Positions 1-10,246 of a DNA stretch of 64,000 nt are shown one piece after another. The stretch lies in assembly GCF_026210795.1 (NCBI RefSeq), contig NC_089429.1, positions 7,502,001 through 7,566,000 on the forward strand. The letters run 5' to 3'. Under the pieces are notes generated by a model. The model saw only the letters and a list, made by a program, of their open reading frames with translations, did no database searches and was not told the origin of the DNA. The position numbers and the translations under genes are program-made. Source of the stretch: Rhizophagus irregularis (taxonomy: Eukaryota). The first letter of the stretch is position 1, and every line of letters begins with the position of its first letter.

Positions 1-589
1 TTTAAGGATAGGTGTGATAGTGACTATAGATAGATTGTGACTATATAGGATAGATTTTAATAATAAAGTGTTTTGAACATTCAACTGGTGTGACTATATA
101 GTAGAATGTGACTATAACGGGAGTGACTATAGAGGGAGTTGACTGTAGTTGATATTCTCTTGCACTTTTTACATTGCAATTGATTTGTATATCCAAAAAT
201 TATAATACTATAATCGCATAAATTGGTTGATTTAGAGGTATAAGGGGAGTCACAAACGTAGCCTGAAATATTTAAATACTTGAGGGTTGAGGGTAACTTT
301 ATCGCATTACGTGGAAATGATGGATAACTCATGGTTAAATAGGTTAATGTGTCTTGCCAATACCTAAAAAAAATAAATAAAAAAAAAATATTAAAAAATT
401 TTTTTTTAAAAAAAATGAAGTTTCAAAAAAATGAAACTTTTGAAACTTACGTGAAGGGTCTCCCCGGCCGATAACTAAAAAAATATTAAAAAAAAATATT
501 AATTTTTTTTTTAAAAAAACAAAGTTTTGAAAGTTTGAAGAATGAAACTTTTGAAACTTACTGTAAAAGGTCTCACCAATACCAATTAA

Positions 590-901
590 AAAAAGGAAAT
601 AAAATTTGTGCGCACCCGCGCATGTGCGCACCCCTCCATTTTTGGTAATTTTTATATAGTAAATTTGTCGATCATTATTTATCACGTGACTTTAGTAAAA
701 TCCCGATTTTTTTAAATATTCATGCCGCAACTCTTACGTATATATTATAGAGCCTTAAAAATTTATTTACTATGTGTATTTTTGCCTATTCTACAACTTT
801 ACTTAATGAGTCATGAAGGATTTAGAATGTTATTTTTGACTTTTATATATAATATATCCATGGGATGCGCACATACGCAGGTGCGCACAAATTTTAAACC
901 C
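590..901. mobile_element. Non-autonomous TIR element with TTAA target duplication (Kolobok-like MITE)
   Basis: Inverted ends AAATTTGTGCGCACCCGCGCATGTGCGCA / TGCGCACATACGCAGGTGCGCACAAATTT. TTAA at 586-589 and 902-905. Removing the element restores the host repeat unit. Superfamily is inferred from the TSD and termini. Confidence 0.6.
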
Positions 902-1019
902 TTAAAAAAATATTAAAAAAAATATCAATTTTTTTTAAAATTGATTTTTTTTTTAAAAAAACAAAGTTTCAAAGTTTTCAAGAATGAAACTTTCAAAACT
1001 TACCGTGAAAGGTCTCGCT

Positions 1020-2282
1020 TAGAGCTCTGCACAGGTCACGTCGGATCGGGTTACCTGGTTAATCTGAACTGAAATTTTTTTTCAGGTCAGGTCGGGTCGG
1101 ATAAACCGTTCTGATCTAACCTGACCCATTTAACCTGAAAGTATTCAGGTCACTTCAGGTAACTCAGGTTACCCGAAGTTTTATTATTAAATATTGTAAA
1201 AAAACGTTTTGTAACGGTTTTTTACTTTTGTTTTTATATATAAAACGCTGAAACTATTTGTTTCAGTATTTTCCTTTTGATTTTACATGTAAAAATGCCG
1301 AAACTGATAGTTTCAGCATTTTTTTTTGATTTTACATGTAAAAACGCCGGAATAATTAGTTCTGGCATTTTTCTTTTTGATTTTGCATGTAAAAACGCCA
1401 AAACTGATAGTTTCAGCGTTTTTTTTCGATTTTACATGTAAAAGCGCTGGAATAATTAGTTCTGGCATTTTTCTTTTTGATTTTACATGTAAAAACGCTG
1501 GAATAATTAGTTCCGGCATTTTCCTTTTTGATTATACATGTAAAAACGCTGAAACAGATAGTTTCGGCATTTTTTTTGATTTTACATGTAAAAGCACCAG
1601 AATAATTTGTTCTGGCATCTTTCTTTTTGATTTTACATGTAAAAATGCCGAAATAATTAGTTCTGGCGTTTTTTTTTTTGATTTTACATGTAAAAATGCC
1701 GAAACTGATAGTTTTGGCATTTTTTTTTGATTTTACATGTAAAAATGCCGGAATAATTAGTTCTGGCATTTTTTTTTTGATTTTGCATGTAAAAATGCCA
1801 AAACTGATAGTTTCAGCATTTTTTTTTGATTTTACATGTAAAAACGCCAGAATCATTAATTCCGGCGTTTTTCTTTTGATTTTACATGTAAAACTGCCGA
1901 AACTGATGGTTTCTGCATTTTTTTTGATTTTACATGTAAAAATGCTGAAACTAATAGTTTCAGCATTTTTTTTTGATTTTACATGTAAAAATACTGGAAT
2001 AATTAGTTTCGGCATTCTTCTTTTTGATTTTACATGTAAAAACGCTGAAACTGATAGTTTCGGTATTTTTTTCGATTGTACATGTAAAAACGCCAGAATC
2101 ATTATAAGTTTCGGCGTTATTTAATTTATTTGACCCAAATATATGTCAGTCAACGGGTCGGGTCGGGGACCGACCAGCACTGACCTGACCCGTGTCAGGT
2201 CATGAATTTGATGACCTGACCTGAATATTTCAGGTCAACCTGTCGGGTTATCTGATCTGTCGGGTCAGGTTGCAGAGCTCTA
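1020..2282. mobile_element. Non-autonomous hAT element
   Basis: Perfect 12-bp TIR TAGAGCTCTGCA/TGCAGAGCTCTA; 8-bp TSD GTCTCGCT at 1012-1019 and 2283-2290; subterminal ACCTGA/TCAGGT repeats at both ends. Confidence 0.92.
1240..2120. repeat. ~50-bp palindromic minisatellite inside the hAT element
   Basis: About 17 units of TTTTGATTTTACATGTAAAAA followed by either GCCGAAACTGATAGTTTCGGC or GCCGGAATAATTAGTTCTGGC. This explains the overlapping ORFs at 1313-2124. Confidence 0.95.
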
Positions 2283-2891
2283 GTCTCGCTGATACCTAAT
2301 TAAAAAAATATTAAAAAAAATATTAATTTTTTTTAAAATTGATTTTTTTTTAAAAAAAAACAAAGTTTTGAAAGAATGAAACTTTTGAAAATTATTGATC
2401 CAAAGCGAAGGTCTCACCGATAGTGTTTGGAATCATGTAAAAGTTATTCAAATAACTCAAGTATATTCAAATATTCGAATAAGCATAGTGGTTATTCGAG
2501 TATTCATTTAGCCAGATATAGTATAGTTAAAATTTTAATTGGGCATTAAATCCTTAAATTTAACTGAGTTAAAATTATAATTCAGGCTAAAATTATGTAA
2601 ATCATTACTATAAAAGGAAATTTAACTTATTCAAATATTATTCGAATACACTTTATAAATTTAAATCATCAGGAATTTTTTTGGGGTGCATATCTGCGCA
2701 GATTTTCAGAAATTATTTCTGCACAGATCTTATACCCTGGCGCAAAACATTAGAGGAAAAATCCAATAAAAAACTGCGCAGATTTTATAAATAACAAAGT
2801 TCTGCGCAGATTTTTAAATAAAAAACCTTTGAAATACCTCAGCAATTTTTTTCAGTAAAAATCTACGTCACAATAATACAAATTTATTTAT

Positions 2892-4345
2892 TTTTTTTTT
2901 TTTAACCGCAATGCATTTGATAGTTTATTAAATAGTTCACAGACTCGGAAAATACAATAAGTATCTAAAAACCTAATCTACCCTATCTAATATAATTAAC
3001 TACCAAACCACTCGTCATGCGTAAAGCACCCCACGTGTGCACTGTCGGGTGAAGTTTTTGCTCAGAGGGTATGATTGTTTTGTAAACGGTCAATCTTAGT
3101 GTAAACGCTTACAAGGCATTCACGGGACCCACTACATCGCGAATAAAAATAAAGAAAAAAAAAGAAATTTTTTTTTTTGTTAAATGCAAATAAAAAGTAA
3201 AAATTTATAAATCCATCCAGATCGTTCCTCTCACGAGCGTCCCATAAAATAGTGAGAGATAAGCATCCACCATCCAGGTCATAGGATCCTAAGAGCACAA
3301 CATAATGGTAGGACTGAACAGCTGTAGTAGAAGCGAATCGTTTCCAATACGTCAGGTTGTCTGGTGCGAGGTCCCATTTACAAGTAGAAAGTGATTCGTT
3401 ATCAGTAAGGGTAAACATTAACATCAGATGTCCATTGGCACGGCTTGATATCTTGAACACTGCTAATCGCTACCCTCTAATAACTTCAAGCCACCAACTA
3501 TAGTAAGCTCTATCCATTTGTGTAATTATTATAGAAGATGTAAAACTAAAATACAAGTAACAGAAAAAAATATCATCTAAAACTGTAGAAAAAATTGAAA
3601 AAAAATAAAACGATAAAAGTTAAACTAGACTCCGGGTGCCATAAAGTTGAACTTTGTCTCTATCCTTCTTCCTCTGAGGTGTGTAGGTACTAGGTACAGT
3701 CGAAGATAAGACCCAAGGCTTTGATTGAAGGTTGTTTAAAGATAAACCATCAGCAGTTAGTTCCACAATATCGGAAAAAGGTCAGGTTGAGCGTTACGTT
3801 AATAAATCCATTAAAAATCCAAATTAAGTTATCCGTTCTGAAATTATTCCCAAAATAGAAGTTTTCTTCCGAGTTGTATATGGTTTGTAGTTGTACCAGC
3901 AATTTGCGGAATGTGTCCAAGAACGCGTCCAGTTTAAGACGCGATCTAATTCAAAAATCATCTGAGGGCTTCCTAATCGGGAGTCTTGTGACTTGGCGAA
4001 TAGGAAAGGCTGGAAGGTGTGTATAAACAATAGGTTTCGAAGGAGGTGTAAGAGAAGGTATAGGTATGTGTCTTGAGTTCAGGAACACCACAAAGAAAAA
4101 AAAAAACACGTAAGAAGGTGAGATGTTAAAGGGTAAAAAAAAAATACTAAAACTAAATAAACCACTGTGGGTTTCTTTCTGTCAAGGCTACGCTTGAAGT
4201 TTATAAAGTATAATAAAATAAAATAAAAGTTTATAATATAAGCAAAATAAAAGAAAAAATAAAATTTTTTATTGTTTTCAAAAAGTATGGTCCAGACGTT
4301 TAGCGGAAAGAGTTCTTCACAAATTAATTTATTGCATTAATTACT
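2892..4345 (-). mobile_element. Retroposed insertion (non-autonomous non-LTR element or retrocopy)
   Basis: T13 tract at 2891-2903 (poly-A on minus strand) with AATAAA upstream on minus; candidate TSD AATTTATTTAT at 2881-2891 and 4346-4356; interior is more GC-rich than the flanks. Confidence 0.55.
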
Positions 4346-4514
4346 AATTTATTTATATAATCAAAATTACTTTTTTATTATATATTAACAAGTTTACAAA
4401 TACAATTGAAATCTATTACTAGTCATTGCTATTCATCATCTCTTTACTGCACATTTACATGTTGTTAATGGTTTGGAACATTGTTCTAGTTGGTTCGATT
4501 CTAACAAACAATAG

Positions 4515-7230
4515 AGACCTACAAATGAAAAAAAATTTCAAAGCAAGCAGCTTCGAAATATATAATCCAGCAGTCCGGGATCTAAATATAAAAGAAAAAA
4601 TGATCATTAGTATAACGATCGTTAAAGAAAGTAAAAAAAAAAAGAAACTTCAAAGTATTTATCTTTGAAGTTCTTTAAATGGGAACCTGTGTCTTTCGGC
4701 TTCCTTTACCTAAAAAAAAGAAGTATGAACGTTAGTTAACGTTTGTCAATAAATTAATTAAAAAAAAATTTTTTTCGAAGGTTTTACCTTCGATATGGAA
4801 GTCCGGAACTCATTTTCGACTTCCTTTACCTGAAAAAAAAGGAAATACAAACGTTAGTTAATGTTCGTCAAATAACTTATTAAAAAAACTTCGAAGGTTT
4901 TTTATCTTCGAAATGGAAGTCTGGCGATGTCTTTGGACCTACAATAAAAAAGAAATGAACGTTAGTTAACATTCGTTAAACAAAATTAAAATTAAAATTA
5001 TTTTTTTTCGAAGTTTACCTTCGAAATTCTTTCGTCTAAGAGCCAGAAAACAAAAACCCTACAAAAAAAAAACAACCAAAACATTAGTAAACATTTCGTA
5101 AATTAAAAGCAACAAAAAAATATAAAGAATTTTGAAGTTTTACCTTCGAAATTCTTTCCAGGAGGTATCTAGAATGACGAAGACCTACAAAAAAAAAGAA
5201 ACGTTAGAAAACGTTTTGTAAATAAAAAAAACATAAAAGAAAAAAATTTCAAAGGAATTTTACCTTCGAAATTCCGTCCAGTCTCCAGGAAGCCATCAAC
5301 CTACAAATAAAAAGAAAAATGAAACATTATTAACGTTTCGTTTAAATAAAATAAAAAAAAATATTAGTTTTGTAACAAAAAGTTCATTACGAAACTTACC
5401 ATATTGAAAATTCTGTCCAGTCAAGCCGAAAACCTACAAAAAAGAATAAAGAACGTTAGAAACGTTCTTTTATAAAATAAAATAAAAATTTTTAAGTTTC
5501 GCAACGAAAATCGTTGCGAAACTTACCATTTAGTTTCAGATTCTTGGAGTATCAGAATCTACAAAAATAAATAAGAAACATTAGTTAATGTTTCTTAAAA
5601 AAAAAAAAATTTTCATAACGAAAATTCGTTATGAAACTTACTTAGCATCTTGAAAGGGAAACTTACAAAAAAAGATAAAGGAAGCATTAGTAAACACTTC
5701 ATAAATATAAAAAAATCGGTTTCTTTTTTTAAAAAAAATCAAAGTCGAACGAACTCACCAATTTCGTTCGTCTTGTACTTTGAATCTCCCAGAACCTAAA
5801 AGAAAAATAAAGAACCAACCGGTTAGTAAAATAAATTATAAACGAAAAGCGAAAATGAAAAAAATACACTCACCTGAAGTCTTGGAGATTTACCGAAACC
5901 TAAAGAAAGAAAGAAAAAAAGAAAAAGTTGGTAAAAGGAAATTTGAAATGAAAAAATGAAAATGAAAGAATAAACGCAAACTCACCCGAAGTCTTGAAAC
6001 CTAAAAGAGAAATAAAAAAACCAGTTAGTAAAAAAGAAATTCAAAGAAAATCGAAATGAAAAAAATGCAAACTCACCCGAAGTCTGCGTTTTCCTATCAC
6101 CTGGTGACCGGAGACCTACAAAAGAAAGTGACGAACGTTAGCATGACACGTTTCATCGTGGTTTAATCTTTCTTCCAAGGTTTCCCGAATGGCTATTTTT
6201 AATAGTTCTTGGTATAATCTGACTGGTAGATGAAGTATATGATTAGTTTTTGTGTTCCGGATACCTAAAAAACAAAGACGAACGTTTAGGATAATATATT
6301 TCGTTAAAATTTAATAAAAAAAAAATTCTACATCTTACGTCTTACCTTCGAAATGGGCGGCAAGAAAACAAGAAACGTTAGTATTAACGTTTCGTTAAAT
6401 AAAATTAACAAAGAAAAAAATATAATTTTTCAAAGTTTTACCTTTGAAATGAGCGACCAGGAATCTACAAAAGAAAAAAAAGCGAATGTTAGTATTAACG
6501 TTTCGTCAAATTAAATAAAAAAAAAATATATAATTTTTTGAAGTGTTACCTTCGAAATTGGAGACCAGAACTCGTTTTCGGCTTCCTTTAACTAAAAAAA
6601 GTAAGACGAAACGTTAGTTACTGTTCATCAATATAATTAAAAAAAAAATTATTATTTTTTTTTTTTGAAGGTTTTACCTTCAATATAGGAGCCGGAACTT
6701 ATTTTCGGCTTCCTTTAACTAAAAAAAAGATGAAACGTTAGTTAACGTTCGTCAATAAAATAAAAAAAATTAATTTTTTTTTTCGAAGGTTTGTTTTACC
6801 TTCGATATAAGAGCCCGAAACTCAGTTTCGGCTTCCTTTAACTAAAAAAAAAGATGAAATGTTAGTTAACGTTCGTCAATAAAATAAAAAAAAATAATTT
6901 TTTTTTTTCAAAGGTTTGTTTTACCTTCGATATAGGAGCCCAGAACTCAGTTTCGGCTTCCTTTAACTAAAAAAAAGATGAAACGTTAGTTAACGTTCGT
7001 CAATATAAATTAATTTTAAAAAAAATTAATTTTTTTTTTCAAAGGTTTGTTTCACCTTCGATATAGGAGCCCGGAACTCAGTTTCAGCTTCCTTTATCTA
7101 AAAAAAATAAGATGAAACGTTAGTTAACGTTTGTCAATAAAGTTAATAAAAAAAAAATATTTTTTTTTTTTCAAAGGTTTTACCTTCAAAGTAAAGTCCG
7201 GAGCTGTTTTTGGCGTCCAGGACTTCAGAA
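4515..7230 (-). other. Tandem array of >20 short spliceosomal introns separated by micro-exons
   Basis: Minus strand shows repeated GT(A/G)A donor, CTAAC branch point, pyrimidine tract and TAG/CAG acceptor every ~90-130 nt. 42-nt exons at 7056-7097, 6925-6966, 6800-6841, 6550-6591 and 4788-4829. Confidence 0.8.
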
Positions 7231-8377
7231 AAAAAGTAAAACGAACGATAATACCGTTCGTTAAATACTAAAAATATAAAAATAAAAGTCTGTGAGCTGT
7301 TTTTCAGCGTCTAGGACTTAAGAAAAAAAGTAAATATTCCTTCAAAATGGAGAGTCCAGAACATAATTTCTTGAAGTCTACCTTCAAAATGTCCAAAAGA
7401 AGGTACAAACTTCATCAACTTCAAAGAAACTCGAAGCTTAAATAAAAACACTAAAAAATATTGACTAATTTTTTGGTATCTTTATAATAATTTATTTCTT
7501 TAAAAGTGGTAAAAAAAAAAATATTTTTTCAAAGTGTTGTAAGAAAAATTATTTTTTTTTAAAGTGTTAAAGTGTTGCAAAAAAAAGCTTTAAAAAGTTT
7601 GTGTTAAAACAAATGCAAAGTTTATCAAAATAAAAACTGAAAGAAAGTTTGTAAAGTTTATCAAATAAAAAAAGAAAATGTGAATTTAAATTTTTGATAA
7701 AATCTGCAATTTTGGAGATTATCGCAGATATTTATATAAAAAATTGTCATAAAAATCGGAAACTTGCAAAATTGCAGATTATTGCATAACTTTGTAAAAA
7801 ATAAAAAGCAGAAATCTGCAAAATTGCAGACTTCCGCATAAATTCACAAAAAAATGCAGAGATCTGCTAATTTTACAGATTTCCGCAGTTCTGCATCTTA
7901 AAAAATTTCCCGATGATGAATACTCGAGTATATTCAAATATATTCGATTCCAAACACTACTCACCGATACCTAAAAAAATAAATAAAAAAATTTAACTTT
8001 TTTTAAAAAAAAGTAGTTTCAAAAGAATGAAACTTTCAAAACTTACCAATCCAAAGTGAAAGGCGCCGATACCTAAAAAAATAAATAAAAAAAATTTAAT
8101 TTTTTTTTAAAAAACAAAAGTTTCGAAAGAATGAAACTTTTGAAACTTACCAATTGGATCCAAAAAGCTGATATCTACAAAAAAAAGAAGGAAAAAAATA
8201 AAACTTTTTTTAAAGTTAGATTCAGCACATAAACCATAATTGACTAGTCTGATCAGCCAAATCTTTACCAATTTCTGGTTTATATGATCTGATTGGCAAT
8301 GATTACTGGTAGTGCATATGACTGTAACTGAATAATATGAATACTTCAACCGGCAATCATGTCGGTTGAACATGATA

Positions 8378-8574
8378 AAATTGCAGATTGAACTGATATT
8401 TCAATGAAAAATAAAAGTGAAAATCTGCAAAATTGCAGATTATTGCATAATTTTATAAAAAATAAAAGCAGAAATCTGCAAAATCACAGACTTCCGCATA
8501 AATTCACAAAAAAATGCGGAGATCTGCTAATTTTACAGATCTCTGCCGTTCTGCATCTTAAAAATTTCCTGATG
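8378..8574. mobile_element. Second right end of the CATC...GATG element family
   Basis: Near-identical to ~7750-7915 and ends CTGCATCTTAAAAATTTCCTGATG. No matching left end found in this window. Confidence 0.8.
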
Positions 8575-8849
8575 CTATCTATCAATTCTAGAAACATGAT
8601 ATAGTCACCATTCGACGCGTCTCACTGAGACGATTTGAATGGTAGTGGTTTCATAACTGGATGACGAGTTATTCCGCTTAAACGCTTTTTTTGGAGTTTC
8701 AGAGTTTCAGCATTTTGACAAGCAACTCTACAAGTGGGAAGAGTGATTGTCATTATTTATTGGTTTGGAAATGGCCGGTCTTTATATTATTTTATGAAGA
8801 CCTTTATCAGATTAATAGGTTTATTCAATATAAAAATCATTTATTATAT

Positions 8850-8991
8850 GAAGACCGGTATGAGGACTGGTCAGTCCTCAGGACCGGTCCTACTGCGCCA
8901 CAAAAAATGCAAGACCGCGGTCCGGTCCTACAAGTCCTGGGACCGACCAGTCCAGGACCGAGTAGGACCGGTAGGACCGATGACCATCCTT
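8850..8991. mobile_element. Solitary end of a hAT-like MITE
   Basis: Dense GGACC/GGTCC subterminal repeats ending in GACCGATGACCATCCTTA (TAAGGATGG terminus). Partner end not found. Confidence 0.45.
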
Positions 8992-9715
8992 AAGCATAAA
9001 AGCATTGGGTCCAGTACTCCAGTAAATTTATGGTTCTTGGACCAGATTTGCCTGAACATTATCCCGGTTTGGTATTAGGAAATCCGTGGTTGCAAAAAAA
9101 AATAACGCAACTATTGAATATTGATATGTGTAATTCATTACTGACTATAAATGATGATTTCGCCGGCTCGAAAGCAATGTGATTGATCATACATGTTAAA
9201 GAAAAAATATATTTTTTTAATTAAACATCACGCGTTTTTATTAAATATATTCAGGAGAAAAATGGATATAGCAGAAATAAGGCCATCGAGAGCAGTGATT
9301 AGTGTTTCGAATTCAAGACATTTAGGTAAATAACTTTTCTCAACTTTGATCTAGAGGAATGCTCGAGTCTATTTAACAAGAAGTTAGTAACGAAAAATTA
9401 CGAAACATTTCGGTAAATTCAGAACCCTAGATCCAAATCACAATATTTATTCATGACGATTATCAAATTCACAACCCGAGAGGTTATTCTATTCTTGTCA
9501 AGATCGAAGTTTGAACAATGCAATGAACGCTGTTATGTACACAAAGCTGGCATGCAAACATTTTTATTATTTTGATACACATTATAGTATGTTCACAACA
9601 ACATTGATAAGTTATTGTGCATTATACATTGACAGATGAAAAATAAAACGACTATTCCTATTACAGCAAAACCCTAATTTTGTCAACAAATATCAAACAA
9701 TCAAGATAAATTCAG

Positions 9716-10246
9716 TCATTTTTTTTCATTATATTGTGCCATTTGAACTCTATTAAATGCACTAATATTAGCTTCCCAATTGTGGCTTTTAATTAGATCA
9801 ATTGCATCCGGATCATTAATTCCAGTTGAATACTTATTTCCATCATTGTCTTGAACAGTAACGTGTGCATGTCTATGAATGTTGTGCTCCGGCTTTTCTT
9901 GAGGTGAATTCGGTTTAGGGTCAAATTCACTAACAATACGAGTAGTTACATGAAATTTTTCCCACTCCTGATCTTCGGGATAATAAATTATCTGTTCTGT
10001 TTGCTTTATTTTTCCACCAGAAAGTACTTCAGTGGTCACATGGCCTTTGGACCATAGATTGCCTTCTTCAACTTCTTTGATTAGAGCCTTCTCTGCATCC
10101 TCGTTCATGTTACCATCTTCATAATTATTCCAGTTATCCGAGCTATCATTAGGTCTGACACCTACTTCGTGAACAGTTGCAAAGGCATAATTTAATGTCA
10201 AATCCGAACCCAAGATGGAACTATAAACAGGTTTGTCGTTTGTCAT
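9716..10246 (-). CDS. Hypothetical protein, 176 aa, intronless
   Basis: ATG-to-stop ORF with ordinary globular, acidic composition and no repeats, in AT-rich DNA where such an ORF is unlikely by chance. Contains HNIHRHAHV. Confidence 0.75.
   Translation of the reverse strand: MTNDKPVYSSILGSDLTLNYAFATVHEVGVRPNDSSDNWNNYEDGNMNEDAEKALIKEVEEGNLWSKGHVTTEVLSGGKIKQTEQIIYYPEDQEWEKFHVTTRIVSEFDPKPNSPQEKPEHNIHRHAHVTVQDNDGNKYSTGINDPDAIDLIKSHNWEANISAFNRVQMAQYNEKK

Larger units (their letters stand above)
2667..7915. mobile_element. Nested TIR element with CATC...GATG termini and 2-bp TSD (CMC/CACTA-like), non-autonomous
   Basis: Left end CATCAGGAATTTTT and right end AAAAATTTCCCGATG; AT flanks both ends; subterminal TCTGCGCAGA/TGCAGA repeats; no transposase ORF seen. 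Confidence 0.75.
2421..7959. mobile_element. Non-autonomous hAT element carrying nested insertions
   Basis: Perfect 14-bp TIR TAGTGTTTGGAATC (2421-2434)/GATTCCAAACACTA (7946-7959); 8-bp TSD CTCACCGA at 2413-2420 and 7960-7967; TATTCGA-like subterminal repeats. Confidence 0.92.
350..8200 (-). repeat. Host tandem array (~110-120 bp unit) of intron-like units plus micro-exons, interrupted by three TE insertions
   Basis: Unit ...GAATGAAACTTTTGAAACTTAC-[~25 nt]-CTAAAAAAA (minus strand: GTAAGT donor ... polyT-TAG acceptor) recurs at ~360-450, 475-561, 905-1003, 2291-2393, 7968-8046 and 8071-8150. Confidence 0.7.

Noticed and set aside
1313..2124. Overlapping 62-229 aa ORFs on both strands
   Set aside because: They are translations of a palindromic minisatellite.
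4515..7230. CRISPR-like repeat/spacer appearance
   Set aside because: The context is eukaryotic and there are no cas genes. The conserved parts are splice-site consensus with variable A/T tracts, and the 'spacers' are homologous to one another.
8691..9078. 100-aa and 114-aa ORFs
   Set aside because: They read through GGACC-repeat TE subterminal sequence. The same reasoning applies to 57296-57912.
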